64,000 nucleotides of DNA. Source: Lentisphaerota bacterium. GTDB taxonomy: Bacteria > Verrucomicrobiota > Lentisphaeria > Victivallales > Victivallaceae. Each line of letters opens with the position of its first letter. The stretch's first letter is position 1. The position numbers and the translations under genes are program-made. A model generated the notes under the pieces. That model was not told the origin of the DNA. It ran no database searches and saw only the letters and a list, made by a program, of their open reading frames with translations. Positions 19,371 through 27,785 of this stretch are shown in pieces. Location of the stretch: positions 30,023-94,022 of the forward strand of contig SUWE01000002.1 in NCBI GenBank assembly GCA_015061615.1, in the 5' to 3' direction.

Positions 19371-21196
19371 ACCGTTCCATCAGCAACCGCTCACTGCGCG
19401 GCATTGATGAGTTTGAAAAAGCCGCCGTCACGGCGATAAAAACAAGTGACCGCAATTTACTTATCCACTCCGGGCCGGGGAGCGGAAAAACGGAACTTCT
19501 CGCCCGGAAAGCGGCTTATCTGCTTGAAAACGATGCGCTGCCCGCCAATAAGAAAATTCTTGCTCTGAGTTTCAAACGCAACAGTGTCCGCAATTTGCGC
19601 GACAGGGTAAACAGCTGTATTCCTCCTGAAACCAGTCACCGTTTTGAAGCGTATACCTTTGATGCCTTTGCCAAAATCCTGCTTGACCGTTTCGGAAATC
19701 TGCTCTCTGAACCGTGGCAGCTTGCCAACGGTTACACCATTGATGAAGAGTTGCTCTCCATGCCGAAACTGCGGGATGAACTTTATGCCGCCGCATCTGA
19801 TACCGCTTATTCAACTGCGGAAATCGAAAGCCTTGAATTGTATGGATTCTGCCGCAATCATCTGGTGCCAAAGCCGTTGCCGGCAGAAATAAATTTTTCC
19901 GGCGACTTGTCTCTTGATGCCGGAATGCTTATGTGGCAATACTGGCTGAACCGGAAACCGGCGACACTTATATTCCCGATGCTCAATGCGCTTGCAGAAC
20001 TTCTGCTCCGGACAAACAGGAACTTGAAGAAAATTTTACAGACCACTTACGGTTATATCTTTCTGGATGAGTTTCAGGATACGACCTTTGATCAATACCG
20101 GCTGTTGAAAAGCGCCTTTGACAACAGCGGCATCCCCGTTATTGCCGCCGGAGACGAAAAACAAAGCATCATGCTGTGGGCTGATGCAATGCCGGACGCA
20201 ATGGAACTTTTTATCAATGACTTCGATGCAAAAGAGATAAATCTGCAATGGAATTTCCGTTCCGCGCCGCCTCTGGTCGAACTTCAGAATGTTGTGGCAC
20301 GCAAACTTCTGCTGGATACTCTGCCGGAAGCAATTCCGGTAAAAAGTGATCTTGACGGCAAATGCCGCGCTCTTTACTTTTCTTCAGAAATTGAAGAAAA
20401 CCGTTTTATTATCAATGAGATATCGACCTTGCTTTCAAACGGATATTCGCCGCGTGATATCTGCATTTGTGTGCGGCACGACTCCGCCGCCTGCGCTCAG
20501 GTATTGAATCACTCTGCGGCAAACGGCTCATTGTATTTCCGCGATGAAGTTCCGGTACAGAATCTGCTGGATGAAAACGTTGTAAAACTGCTCTTTGCTT
20601 TATGGGAGGTGATTTTTACCGGCCGCGCCCCGGACTCGTGGGATAAAATCACCGGATTTACCGATGTTGACAGGCTGATAAATTTCAAAAGCGAAATAAA
20701 ATCGCTTTTTGCCAAAACGGAGTTCAGCAAAGAGAGATTTGAAGATTTGATAAACCGGAGCATCGCTTTTCTCGGAGAAAATAAAATCCGCGCCGCATTT
20801 GAAGAATACCTGCATGGTCAATGGCTCAGCAGTTGTCTTGAAGAGCTGGCGGCGGCGGCGGACAGGCAGAGTTTTTCAAATCCGGATTTTTATGATGCCC
20901 TGTTATCCATCAAAGGCGACACCGCCATTCCCGTATTGAGTGTGCAGCGGTGCAAAGTAAAAGAGTTCAGAACGGTATTTTTTGTTGGTCTGGAAGATAA
21001 CAGTTTCCGGGAGTTTCAACTTGATCTGCTTGAAGAAGGGTGTGCATTTTTCATTGCCCTGTCACGCGCTCAGGAGCAACTGTATTTTACCGCCTGCCGT
21101 TCCCGTAACGGTAATCCGCAGAAATTTGATGAGATCAGACCGCTTTACCGTCTGCTTTCAGGGTGCGGCGTGGAATTGGAAGAAATCAGGGAATAG
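19367..21196 (+). CDS. UvrD/PcrA/Rep-like SF1 helicase
   Basis: HSGPGSGKT (motif I), IFLDEFQDTT (motif II), AAGDEKQSIMLWADA (motif III), NFRSAPP (motif IV), and a diverged motif VI region FRTVFFVGLED...ALSRAQEQLYFT. ATGA overlap with the upstream gene. Confidence 0.8.
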   Translation: MNRSISNRSLRGIDEFEKAAVTAIKTSDRNLLIHSGPGSGKTELLARKAAYLLENDALPANKKILALSFKRNSVRNLRDRVNSCIPPETSHRFEAYTFDAFAKILLDRFGNLLSEPWQLANGYTIDEELLSMPKLRDELYAAASDTAYSTAEIESLELYGFCRNHLVPKPLPAEINFSGDLSLDAGMLMWQYWLNRKPATLIFPMLNALAELLLRTNRNLKKILQTTYGYIFLDEFQDTTFDQYRLLKSAFDNSGIPVIAAGDEKQSIMLWADAMPDAMELFINDFDAKEINLQWNFRSAPPLVELQNVVARKLLLDTLPEAIPVKSDLDGKCRALYFSSEIEENRFIINEISTLLSNGYSPRDICICVRHDSAACAQVLNHSAANGSLYFRDEVPVQNLLDENVVKLLFALWEVIFTGRAPDSWDKITGFTDVDRLINFKSEIKSLFAKTEFSKERFEDLINRSIAFLGENKIRAAFEEYLHGQWLSSCLEELAAAADRQSFSNPDFYDALLSIKGDTAIPVLSVQRCKVKEFRTVFFVGLEDNSFREFQLDLLEEGCAFFIALSRAQEQLYFTACRSRNGNPQKFDEIRPLYRLLSGCGVELEEIRE

Positions 21197-21222
21197 TGAT
21201 TGAAAAAAATCTGTTACGGTGT

Positions 21223-21266
21223 GAAGTGCACCCCAAAAGTTGGACACAACTTTTGAGGTGTACTTC
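21223..21266. terminator. Bidirectional hairpin terminator between convergent genes
   Basis: GAAGTGCACCCCAAAAGTTG (21223-21242) pairs with CAACTTTTGAGGTGTACTTC (21247-21266). This is a 20-bp stem with 2 mismatches and a 4-nt loop, followed by ATTTTG. Confidence 0.7.
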
Positions 21267-21295
21267 ATTTTGCAACAGCCCCCTCTTTTTTGCAC

Positions 21296-22825
21296 TCAAA
21301 ATCCAGGATACCGGTTCCACCACCGTTCTGTAACATGCCCGTCTTCGCCGGTTTCGATTTTCTGATGCAGATCATCTGCGACTTGACTGACGATTTCGTA
21401 TTCACGCAGATTTCGGCACCACTTTTCAGGGATACCGTTTTCGCCGTTAAGCACTCCGAGGATATTTCCGGCTATGGAGCCGGTAGAATCACTGTCACCG
21501 GAGATATTCACCGCTTCCAGAACCCCTGCCCTGAAATCCCATGTATGGTGCAAAGCACAATATATTCCAATGGCAAGAGCTTCTTCGGCCACCCAGCCTT
21601 CACCAAGTTCAGAAACTGAAGTTGCCATACGGCTGTGACGGATAGCGGCAAGCGTTTCTGCTGACTCAGGGAATTTTTCAAGATAAGCTTCAACCAAATC
21701 CAATGCCGTATTCAGACTTTTCCCCAGATACAGATAGGAAATAAGCATGGCAAAGGCTCCGCCGGAAGTGATTCCGGTGGGATGTCCGTGGGTGATCGCC
21801 GAAAATTCACACCCATATTCATAAGCCGTTTCCGGTGAAAAATACAACCCCGCAGGAGCCATGCGCATAACCGTTCCGCAGCCTTTGCTGTTATTTTTTG
21901 CCGTTTCACCGACCGGAGTTTCCTGCAATGCTGAAATACAGGTCATACCGGGGGCGCGGCGGGAGAAAAGCTGTTTTTCTTTTATCAGCCAGCCGCTGTT
22001 CAAAGCCTCATCCCACGCCTTGACACATGTCGCTTGAGTTTTCAGCCAGCGCAAATAAGCATAATGAAGGACGCCGCGCGCTCCGCAAATTCCCTTTTCG
22101 CGGGAGCGGACCGCTCCGCGCAAAATTCCTTCTGCGGTAAACAGTGCCATCTGGGTATCATCAGTTATCGAACCGGTACCGTCACCAAACTCGACATAGT
22201 CATCCACCGCATCGCCGAAAATTGATTCTATATCTCTGACACGGAGAAATTCCACCGGAGCCCCCAGAGCGTCACCAACGGCGCCGCCAAGCATACACCC
22301 CCGGATCATCCGGCGCGAAGCAACCGGCTTCAACTGCTCATCAATAGCTTCCCACGCTTCAAGAGCGTTTTGAGCAGCAGCGTCACCGGATAATTTTTTC
22401 AGCGCGTCAACAAGAGTGTCTGACTGATGCAGATAACGGAATGCGTACAACGCTCCATTCAACTGCACAAAATCCTTTGTATTGCAGATGCGGTCGGCGG
22501 TTTTGACCAGAATCACGTCGCGCACACCGCTGCCGGCGATGTGATTCAAATAAGATTCTTTGTCACACCCGCCATCGTGAGTAAGCTGTTTTATACAGGA
22601 AAGGACTCTTTCATTTGATGCCGCGATGATTTCATTTTCCGTCACAGCAGTATCTTCAAGCAGGTCATGTCCCCATGCCGCCATAACAGCAGTTGAACTT
22701 TCATCTTCACCCCATTGTTGAAGTGTTTCAGCCACCATCTGCGGGTGAACTATATAAGGGATTTTACTCTCATCATTGCTTTTGCGGAACTGTCCGGCAT
22801 GATATTTTTCGGCAAGGTGTTTCAC
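21296..22825 (-). CDS. Fusion protein: SpoT/Mesh1-like HD (p)ppGpp-hydrolase-type domain plus ADP-ribosylglycohydrolase (DraG/ARH) domain
   Basis: The N-terminus is AEKYHAGQFRKSNDESKIPYIVHPQMVAETL...AAWGHDLLEDTAVTENEI (HD_4-type). From about residue 170 it reads RGCMLGGAVGDALGAPVEF ... TDDTQMALFT ... ISGDSDSTGSIAGNILG (ARH family). Confidence 0.75.
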   Translation of the reverse strand: MKHLAEKYHAGQFRKSNDESKIPYIVHPQMVAETLQQWGEDESSTAVMAAWGHDLLEDTAVTENEIIAASNERVLSCIKQLTHDGGCDKESYLNHIAGSGVRDVILVKTADRICNTKDFVQLNGALYAFRYLHQSDTLVDALKKLSGDAAAQNALEAWEAIDEQLKPVASRRMIRGCMLGGAVGDALGAPVEFLRVRDIESIFGDAVDDYVEFGDGTGSITDDTQMALFTAEGILRGAVRSREKGICGARGVLHYAYLRWLKTQATCVKAWDEALNSGWLIKEKQLFSRRAPGMTCISALQETPVGETAKNNSKGCGTVMRMAPAGLYFSPETAYEYGCEFSAITHGHPTGITSGGAFAMLISYLYLGKSLNTALDLVEAYLEKFPESAETLAAIRHSRMATSVSELGEGWVAEEALAIGIYCALHHTWDFRAGVLEAVNISGDSDSTGSIAGNILGVLNGENGIPEKWCRNLREYEIVSQVADDLHQKIETGEDGHVTERWWNRYPGF

Positions 22826-22874
22826 AGGGATGCTCCTTTCGGGTTATTACACTGCATAATATACCGTTGTAAGA

Positions 22875-22895
22875 TGGACATCTAATGTCCGACAT
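22875..22895. promoter_or_regulatory. Operator-like motif TGGACA-N4-ATGTCCGACAT, copy 1
   Basis: TGGACATCTAATGTCCGACAT. It lies 4 nt past the WYL-gene stop and 50 nt upstream of the HD-ARH start. It contains inverted GGACA/TGTCC arms with a 5-nt spacer. Confidence 0.45.
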
Positions 22896-22898
22896 TGT

Positions 22899-23906
22899 TT
22901 ATCTGCCGGAATTTTCCAGAATTTTATTGGCAATCCGCACCATATAAAGCTGAAGTTCAGCCGGAGCATGCACCGCAGCATTTCCGCATGCAGACAATGC
23001 GATTTGTGCCGCTTCATATTCGGTAATATTCTGCAAGCGGATAATGACAGAATTTTCCCTGCGTTCTTTAATAACTTCCGGAGCGGAAGCGTAACGTTCA
23101 CAAATTCCTTTATCAAACGGGGCAAAAAATTCTATTACGGCCTCCGGCAGTTTCTCAAAATCAAACAAACCGTTCTCTTTCACTTGTTTGAGGATTTCCG
23201 GATCCGGGTCAAAGGTGGTTCCGGTCATCTCCGCACTCTCAATACGGTGGATGGCAAGAGTCAATTTTTTTGGCGGATCGCAAAGTTCCCCGTCAACCCG
23301 GTTTTGTTTACCGCGCAGATACCAGCTGCCGCCTTTGTGGATAAAAAGGTGAGGTTCAAAATATTTAACAGATACACGCTTGCTTGAAGCATAGGTCAGC
23401 TTCAAATCCCGGTGCTGTTCCCAGGCGTTGTAGCAGGTAAGAAAAATTTCCGGATCAGAGTGCGGAAGATATTCAGAGTTGATGACCTGAAAATTTTCCA
23501 GTTCAACTCCCTGAGCCATTCCGTTTTCATTTTTCATTATCAATGCTGCCACCGCACGGTTCATTTCTCCGCGCAAGGGGTCGGGCAGAAAACCACTGGC
23601 GATGCGTTCGCCGAGCAAAGCGGCTTTCATTTCAAACGGTTCCACCATAAGATCTTCGTTGTACCAGTCGGTGTTGGAAAGGTAATACCCCTTACGGGAT
23701 TCATCGTAATGGACGGGCGCCCCGTATTCATCACGGAGATCGGCGATATCCCGCTGAAATGTTTTACCGGAAGTTTTCTTGTATGCTCCGGCAATATCAA
23801 GTTTTTCCATCTCTTTCAAAAAACGCGGATAATTCGGATAGCGGTTCTGGCGCATCATCTTGACGATAGTTTGTATTCTGCGGATCTGATTTTTATTTGC
23901 CGGCAT
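22899..23906 (-). CDS. WYL-domain transcriptional regulator (HTH + WYL + C-terminal domain; BrxR/CapW/PafBC-like architecture)
   Basis: 335 aa. The N-terminal wHTH is RIQTIVKMMRQNRYPNYPRFLKEMEKL...TFQRDIADLRDEYGAPVHYDESRKGYYL. It has a literal GGSWYLRG motif. Confidence 0.8.
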   Translation of the reverse strand: MPANKNQIRRIQTIVKMMRQNRYPNYPRFLKEMEKLDIAGAYKKTSGKTFQRDIADLRDEYGAPVHYDESRKGYYLSNTDWYNEDLMVEPFEMKAALLGERIASGFLPDPLRGEMNRAVAALIMKNENGMAQGVELENFQVINSEYLPHSDPEIFLTCYNAWEQHRDLKLTYASSKRVSVKYFEPHLFIHKGGSWYLRGKQNRVDGELCDPPKKLTLAIHRIESAEMTGTTFDPDPEILKQVKENGLFDFEKLPEAVIEFFAPFDKGICERYASAPEVIKERRENSVIIRLQNITEYEAAQIALSACGNAAVHAPAELQLYMVRIANKILENSGR

Positions 23907-23981
23907 AAATATATCCCCATATATATAAAAAGTATCACCTCTCTATAAAATATCATGATTTTTTTGAAAATCAAGAGAAGG

Positions 23982-24002
23982 TGGACAAAAGATGTCCGAC
24001 AT
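23982..24002. promoter_or_regulatory. Operator-like motif TGGACA-N4-ATGTCCGACAT, copy 2
   Basis: TGGACAAAAGATGTCCGACAT. It sits in the divergent promoter region, 76 nt upstream of the WYL start and 121 nt upstream of the ankyrin-operon ATG. 17 of 21 positions match copy 1. Confidence 0.45.
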
Positions 24003-24122
24003 GTACCACTATATTAAACGCTGTAACAACAACACGGCAGTTTTGATGCAATGGAGATAAAAACCGGGTGGTCCAATCATAAATTCCATCGGAAATGCCA
24101 CCAAGCCAAAGGAGAAAAAATC

Positions 24123-24743
24123 ATGAACGAAAAAGATGCTTTGAAAAAATTCCATGAATGCAGTGCGAACAATGACTTAGACGGAGCATGCGAAGCACTG
24201 AAACACATTTCCGCCGAAACAATAAATTTTCAGAATGATGACGACTATGATATGCTGATACAGGCAACTGTTGACGGCAATACCTGCGCCGTGGAGGCAT
24301 TGCTGAATGACGGCAGATGCGACCTGACACATGAGGAAAATCTCTGCGGCATGACCGCTTATGAGTTTTCAAAAGATTACGCACCGGACAGCCGTATCCG
24401 CCAATTATTTCAGCTGAAAAAATACCGGAAAATCTCTCTTTTCAATTTCTTTATTGCGATTCAGAAAAATGATACAGAAGCAGTAACCGCTCATCTTGCG
24501 ACAGGCAAACACCCTGCCCTGAATAAAAATGTATTTTACAGCATGCCTCCGGGCTTCCTGATTGAACTGCCGCTGGCAACAGCAGTAAAGAAAGATTGCG
24601 CGGAAATGGTAAAAATCCTGCTTGAACATGGTGCTTTGCCTGATGCACACTGCCGCAAAAATGAAAAAACTCCGCAACAGCTCGCGGAAACACACCCTGA
24701 AATATTGAAGTTATTCCTTGAAACAAAGGCGGATATGCAATGA
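24123..24743 (+). CDS. Ankyrin-repeat protein
   Basis: ATG 24123 follows AAAGGAG. ANK-type repeats include DMLIQATVDGNTCAVEALLNDGRCDL and LPLATAVKKDCAEMVKILLEHGALPD. Confidence 0.7.
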   Translation: MNEKDALKKFHECSANNDLDGACEALKHISAETINFQNDDDYDMLIQATVDGNTCAVEALLNDGRCDLTHEENLCGMTAYEFSKDYAPDSRIRQLFQLKKYRKISLFNFFIAIQKNDTEAVTAHLATGKHPALNKNVFYSMPPGFLIELPLATAVKKDCAEMVKILLEHGALPDAHCRKNEKTPQQLAETHPEILKLFLETKADMQ

Positions 24744-25342
24744 ATATACGCCCCGAAAATAATCTGGAATCGGCGATCTGCGAAAAAGATACTGAAAAAC
24801 TTCTCATCGCAGTTGCTGAAGAAGAAGCTATGTTCCGCCTTGCTTACGCAGGCGGACTTGATGAAAATTTTTCCGAAGAAGTTATTTTTGCCGTGCTGCT
24901 GGTTGCAACACCCAAAAAACTGCTTGAATCAATGAATACTGCTCAATTCAGACATTATCACAATCCCGGTGAGAGATTGCAGAAATTGACAGCCCATGCG
25001 CTTGCTCCTTTGCCGGAAAATCCCACCACCGGAGAAAGCGCCCTGATAAAGGCGATCGTCAACAGCGATGACACTGAGATATCAAGACTTATTCTTGAAG
25101 AAGGGGTCAAATTCAACGGCTTTGCCCCGGAACTTCTGCTGTGGCTGCCGACCTTTTCCGCTGATACCCTTATCACATTTTTGAAAGATGGTCTTTCTGC
25201 GAAACTCAAGGCAATCGTACTGGGAATTTTACTCAAAGAGGTGGAAAACCCAAATCTTTTTCAAAAATTCTCTTATCAGGAAAGAGTCCGTTTTGCCAAC
25301 ATCATGCTGCAAATAATGATGAAACACGATATGGAGGGATGA
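24740..25342 (+). CDS. Hypothetical alpha-helical protein with a weak ankyrin-like repeat
   Basis: 200 aa. 4-nt overlap with the upstream gene. ESALIKAIVNSDDTEISRLILEEGVKFN resembles an ANK repeat. Confidence 0.5.
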   Translation: MNIRPENNLESAICEKDTEKLLIAVAEEEAMFRLAYAGGLDENFSEEVIFAVLLVATPKKLLESMNTAQFRHYHNPGERLQKLTAHALAPLPENPTTGESALIKAIVNSDDTEISRLILEEGVKFNGFAPELLLWLPTFSADTLITFLKDGLSAKLKAIVLGILLKEVENPNLFQKFSYQERVRFANIMLQIMMKHDMEG

Positions 25343-25345
25343 TTT

Positions 25346-26155
25346 ATGAACGACAATGCACAACAGCTTGTAAAAGAATTTATTGCCGAAAAGCTCAACG
25401 GCGATCTGTATGCGCTTGAAAGTTTTGATTTCAAGACCTTGCGTGACTCGGCAAAATACGGTACTCCCGACCGCAGCTTTGATTGCGATGACACGAATAT
25501 CATGCGGGCAGTCTATGTGGTATTATGGGGGGATTCACTGCCTTACCTGAGCTTGCACGATATCGGCAGCGGAAAAAATTACCGTGGTGATACGATGAAT
25601 ACATTTCATACCATGTTCGGCAGAGAGATTCCGGAAAAACCGGGATTTTTTGCCGGTTTGGAAAAATACTCACCATCTGATGAAATGCGGGAAAAAGTCC
25701 GTAACTTCGGCAGACTCTGCTCAAATATCGGCAACTTTTGCATTCTGCCCAACCGGAACTGCCGCCGGACAACGTTGAATTGTTACCGCGGAACAAATCA
25801 ATGGCGGGATTTTTTCGACCGCTTTCTGATTGAACTCCACCGGGTTCTTGACAATGCAGACGCTCAGGATGATACCCTGAAAGAACTGGTGGCAAAAAAC
25901 GATTTCTGTTTCAGCAAATTCAAAGGTACTGCCGGTTTTGCCGGATTGAGAAAAATCCTGCTGTTCGACGATTATCTTGATCCGGAATCAGAACTGCCGC
26001 AGGAAATATTCCCGTTGAATTATCACTGGAAAAATATTGAAAAGCGTGAACAATATCTGCTTGATGCTGAAAAATATCTTGCAGAAAGTGAAAGAATCAT
26101 CCTTCACCGCGCTGATATGATGATACGGATATTGGCAGAAAAACTCGCCGTCTGA
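25346..26155 (+). CDS. Hypothetical protein, family not recognised
   Basis: 269 aa. It starts 4 nt after the previous stop. Conserved-looking blocks are GDTMNTFHTMFG, NIGNFCILPN and WRDFFDRFL. I cannot assign any known domain. Confidence 0.5.
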   Translation: MNDNAQQLVKEFIAEKLNGDLYALESFDFKTLRDSAKYGTPDRSFDCDDTNIMRAVYVVLWGDSLPYLSLHDIGSGKNYRGDTMNTFHTMFGREIPEKPGFFAGLEKYSPSDEMREKVRNFGRLCSNIGNFCILPNRNCRRTTLNCYRGTNQWRDFFDRFLIELHRVLDNADAQDDTLKELVAKNDFCFSKFKGTAGFAGLRKILLFDDYLDPESELPQEIFPLNYHWKNIEKREQYLLDAEKYLAESERIILHRADMMIRILAEKLAV

Positions 26156-26171
26156 GTTCCAAATAACAAGA

Positions 26172-26211
26172 GCTGCTGCAATCACATATCTTGCAGCAGC
26201 CCGTTGTTTTT
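26172..26211 (+). terminator. Rho-independent terminator of the ankyrin operon
   Basis: GCTGCTGCAA (26172-26181) pairs with TTGCAGCAGC (26191-26200). CCGTTGTTTTT follows. Confidence 0.7.
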
Positions 26212-26233
26212 GTAATTGAAATTGCCTCAGTAA

Positions 26234-27559
26234 TTATTTCTTACGGTGAGTCAAAGCAATGTTGCCGGTGGAGTCTTCGATCTGCTCTTTGAGCAGTTCC
26301 TTGTGATTTTCCACAACTTTGTAGACCGCATCGACATAAAGGTCGATAAGTTCCTTGTTGAACTTCTTGAACGGCGGCTCACCGATCATACGCTGATTGA
26401 TGGTGGAAGCAACCGGAAGCTCTCCGGTCAGCGCGCGCGGATCGACGCCCGCCGGCAGGAAGCAGGAGGCTGTCGGTTTGCCGTGACCGTAAATGTCGGT
26501 GGTATAGAAAAGTTCAGATTTGTGCAGCGGGAAGTTTCCGTTCGGGAAGAACACATTGCCGACTTCCGCATTGAGCGCTTTGGCAAAAATATGAACATCC
26601 AGACCGTTGAACGCTTCAGGATCGTAACCGGCACGGCTGGCGTACCATCCGGCTTTGTCACTGCCCTTGTCTTCAGGATAGACCAGACGCAGACCTTTGA
26701 TATCTTTGATGCCTTCCCAGAAGTATTTCATTGCCTTGTCGACCTCTTCACACTCAGCTTCATATTTCTTCAGCTGTTCAAGACCGATCGCCGCAGAAAC
26801 CTGGTGCATACGGTATTTCTGACCGCCGAAAGGAACGTTGCGGGTACCGGCAAGTTCTTCCGGAGAATAGACGTCCGGCATACGGTCGTAGTGACCGAAG
26901 CTGATAGCGCGGCGGTAGATTTCAAAATCATTGGTCAGCATCATACCGCCTTCACCGATGGCGAAGGATTTACCGCTCATCAATGACATACCGGCAACAT
27001 CGCCGATGGTTCCGAGCATTCTGCCTTTGTAGTGACCGCCCTGCGCGTGGGAAACGTCTTCGATAACTTTGATGCCGTGTTTGCGGGCGATCGCCATAAT
27101 GGGATCCATATCCGCCGGGTGAGAAAGGTAATGCACCACGATGACCGCTTTGGTACGCGGAGTAATGTGGGCTTCAAAACTGGCAGGATCGATCTGGAAA
27201 TCTTTTTCACAGATATCACAGAAAACAACCGTTGCACCGAGACTCAAGGCAGCCGTACAGCTTGCCCAGTAAGTAACTGACGGACAGATGACTTCATCGC
27301 CGGGTCCGAGACCGATACCGTACATGGCTCCGATCAGGGCGCTGGTTCCGGTGTTATGGGTAAGGGCATATTTCATGCCGTGCCATTCGGCAAATTTTTC
27401 TTCAAATCGTTTGGAAATATCGGTTCCGGACATATTTCCTGAATTAAGCACATCAAGCTGTGCCTGCCGCATCGCATCGTTGACGATCGGCCAGTGAAAA
27501 AGTTCCTTCGGCCAGTAATCAAGAATCGGTTTACCGCCATAAAGCGCCAGTTTACTCAT
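26234..27559 (-). CDS. DegT/DnrJ/EryC1/StrS-family PLP-dependent aminotransferase
   Basis: LALYGGKP...HWPIV N-terminus, THNTGTSALIGAMYG, and the SLMSGKSFAIGEGGMM lysine region. ATG 27559 follows GAGGTGGAG; the ORF-track start at 27568 is GTG. Confidence 0.8.
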   Translation of the reverse strand: MSKLALYGGKPILDYWPKELFHWPIVNDAMRQAQLDVLNSGNMSGTDISKRFEEKFAEWHGMKYALTHNTGTSALIGAMYGIGLGPGDEVICPSVTYWASCTAALSLGATVVFCDICEKDFQIDPASFEAHITPRTKAVIVVHYLSHPADMDPIMAIARKHGIKVIEDVSHAQGGHYKGRMLGTIGDVAGMSLMSGKSFAIGEGGMMLTNDFEIYRRAISFGHYDRMPDVYSPEELAGTRNVPFGGQKYRMHQVSAAIGLEQLKKYEAECEEVDKAMKYFWEGIKDIKGLRLVYPEDKGSDKAGWYASRAGYDPEAFNGLDVHIFAKALNAEVGNVFFPNGNFPLHKSELFYTTDIYGHGKPTASCFLPAGVDPRALTGELPVASTINQRMIGEPPFKKFNKELIDLYVDAVYKVVENHKELLKEQIEDSTGNIALTHRKK

Positions 27560-27785
27560 TTGCTCCACCTCTTTTTTTTATTTGTTTACCACAAAGTTCA
27601 TTTAACCCAGTGGTATACTTAAAATAGCACTTCAATATCCTTAAATCAAGTTTCAAGAGCGAAATTTTTGCAAAAAAAACGCTTTTATCGCAATTAATGA
27701 TTTGCAAAAAGACGAAACATGAGATAGATTAGGTCAAGGTATCACTTTTTTCACCTGACAGTTTTTAATATAAGGAAGATAAAAT

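Noticed and set aside
22847-23125. A 92-aa minus-strand ORF overlaps the 3' end of the WYL gene.
   Set aside because: It is in a different frame of the same strand inside a well-supported gene. It has no RBS and no recognisable motif.
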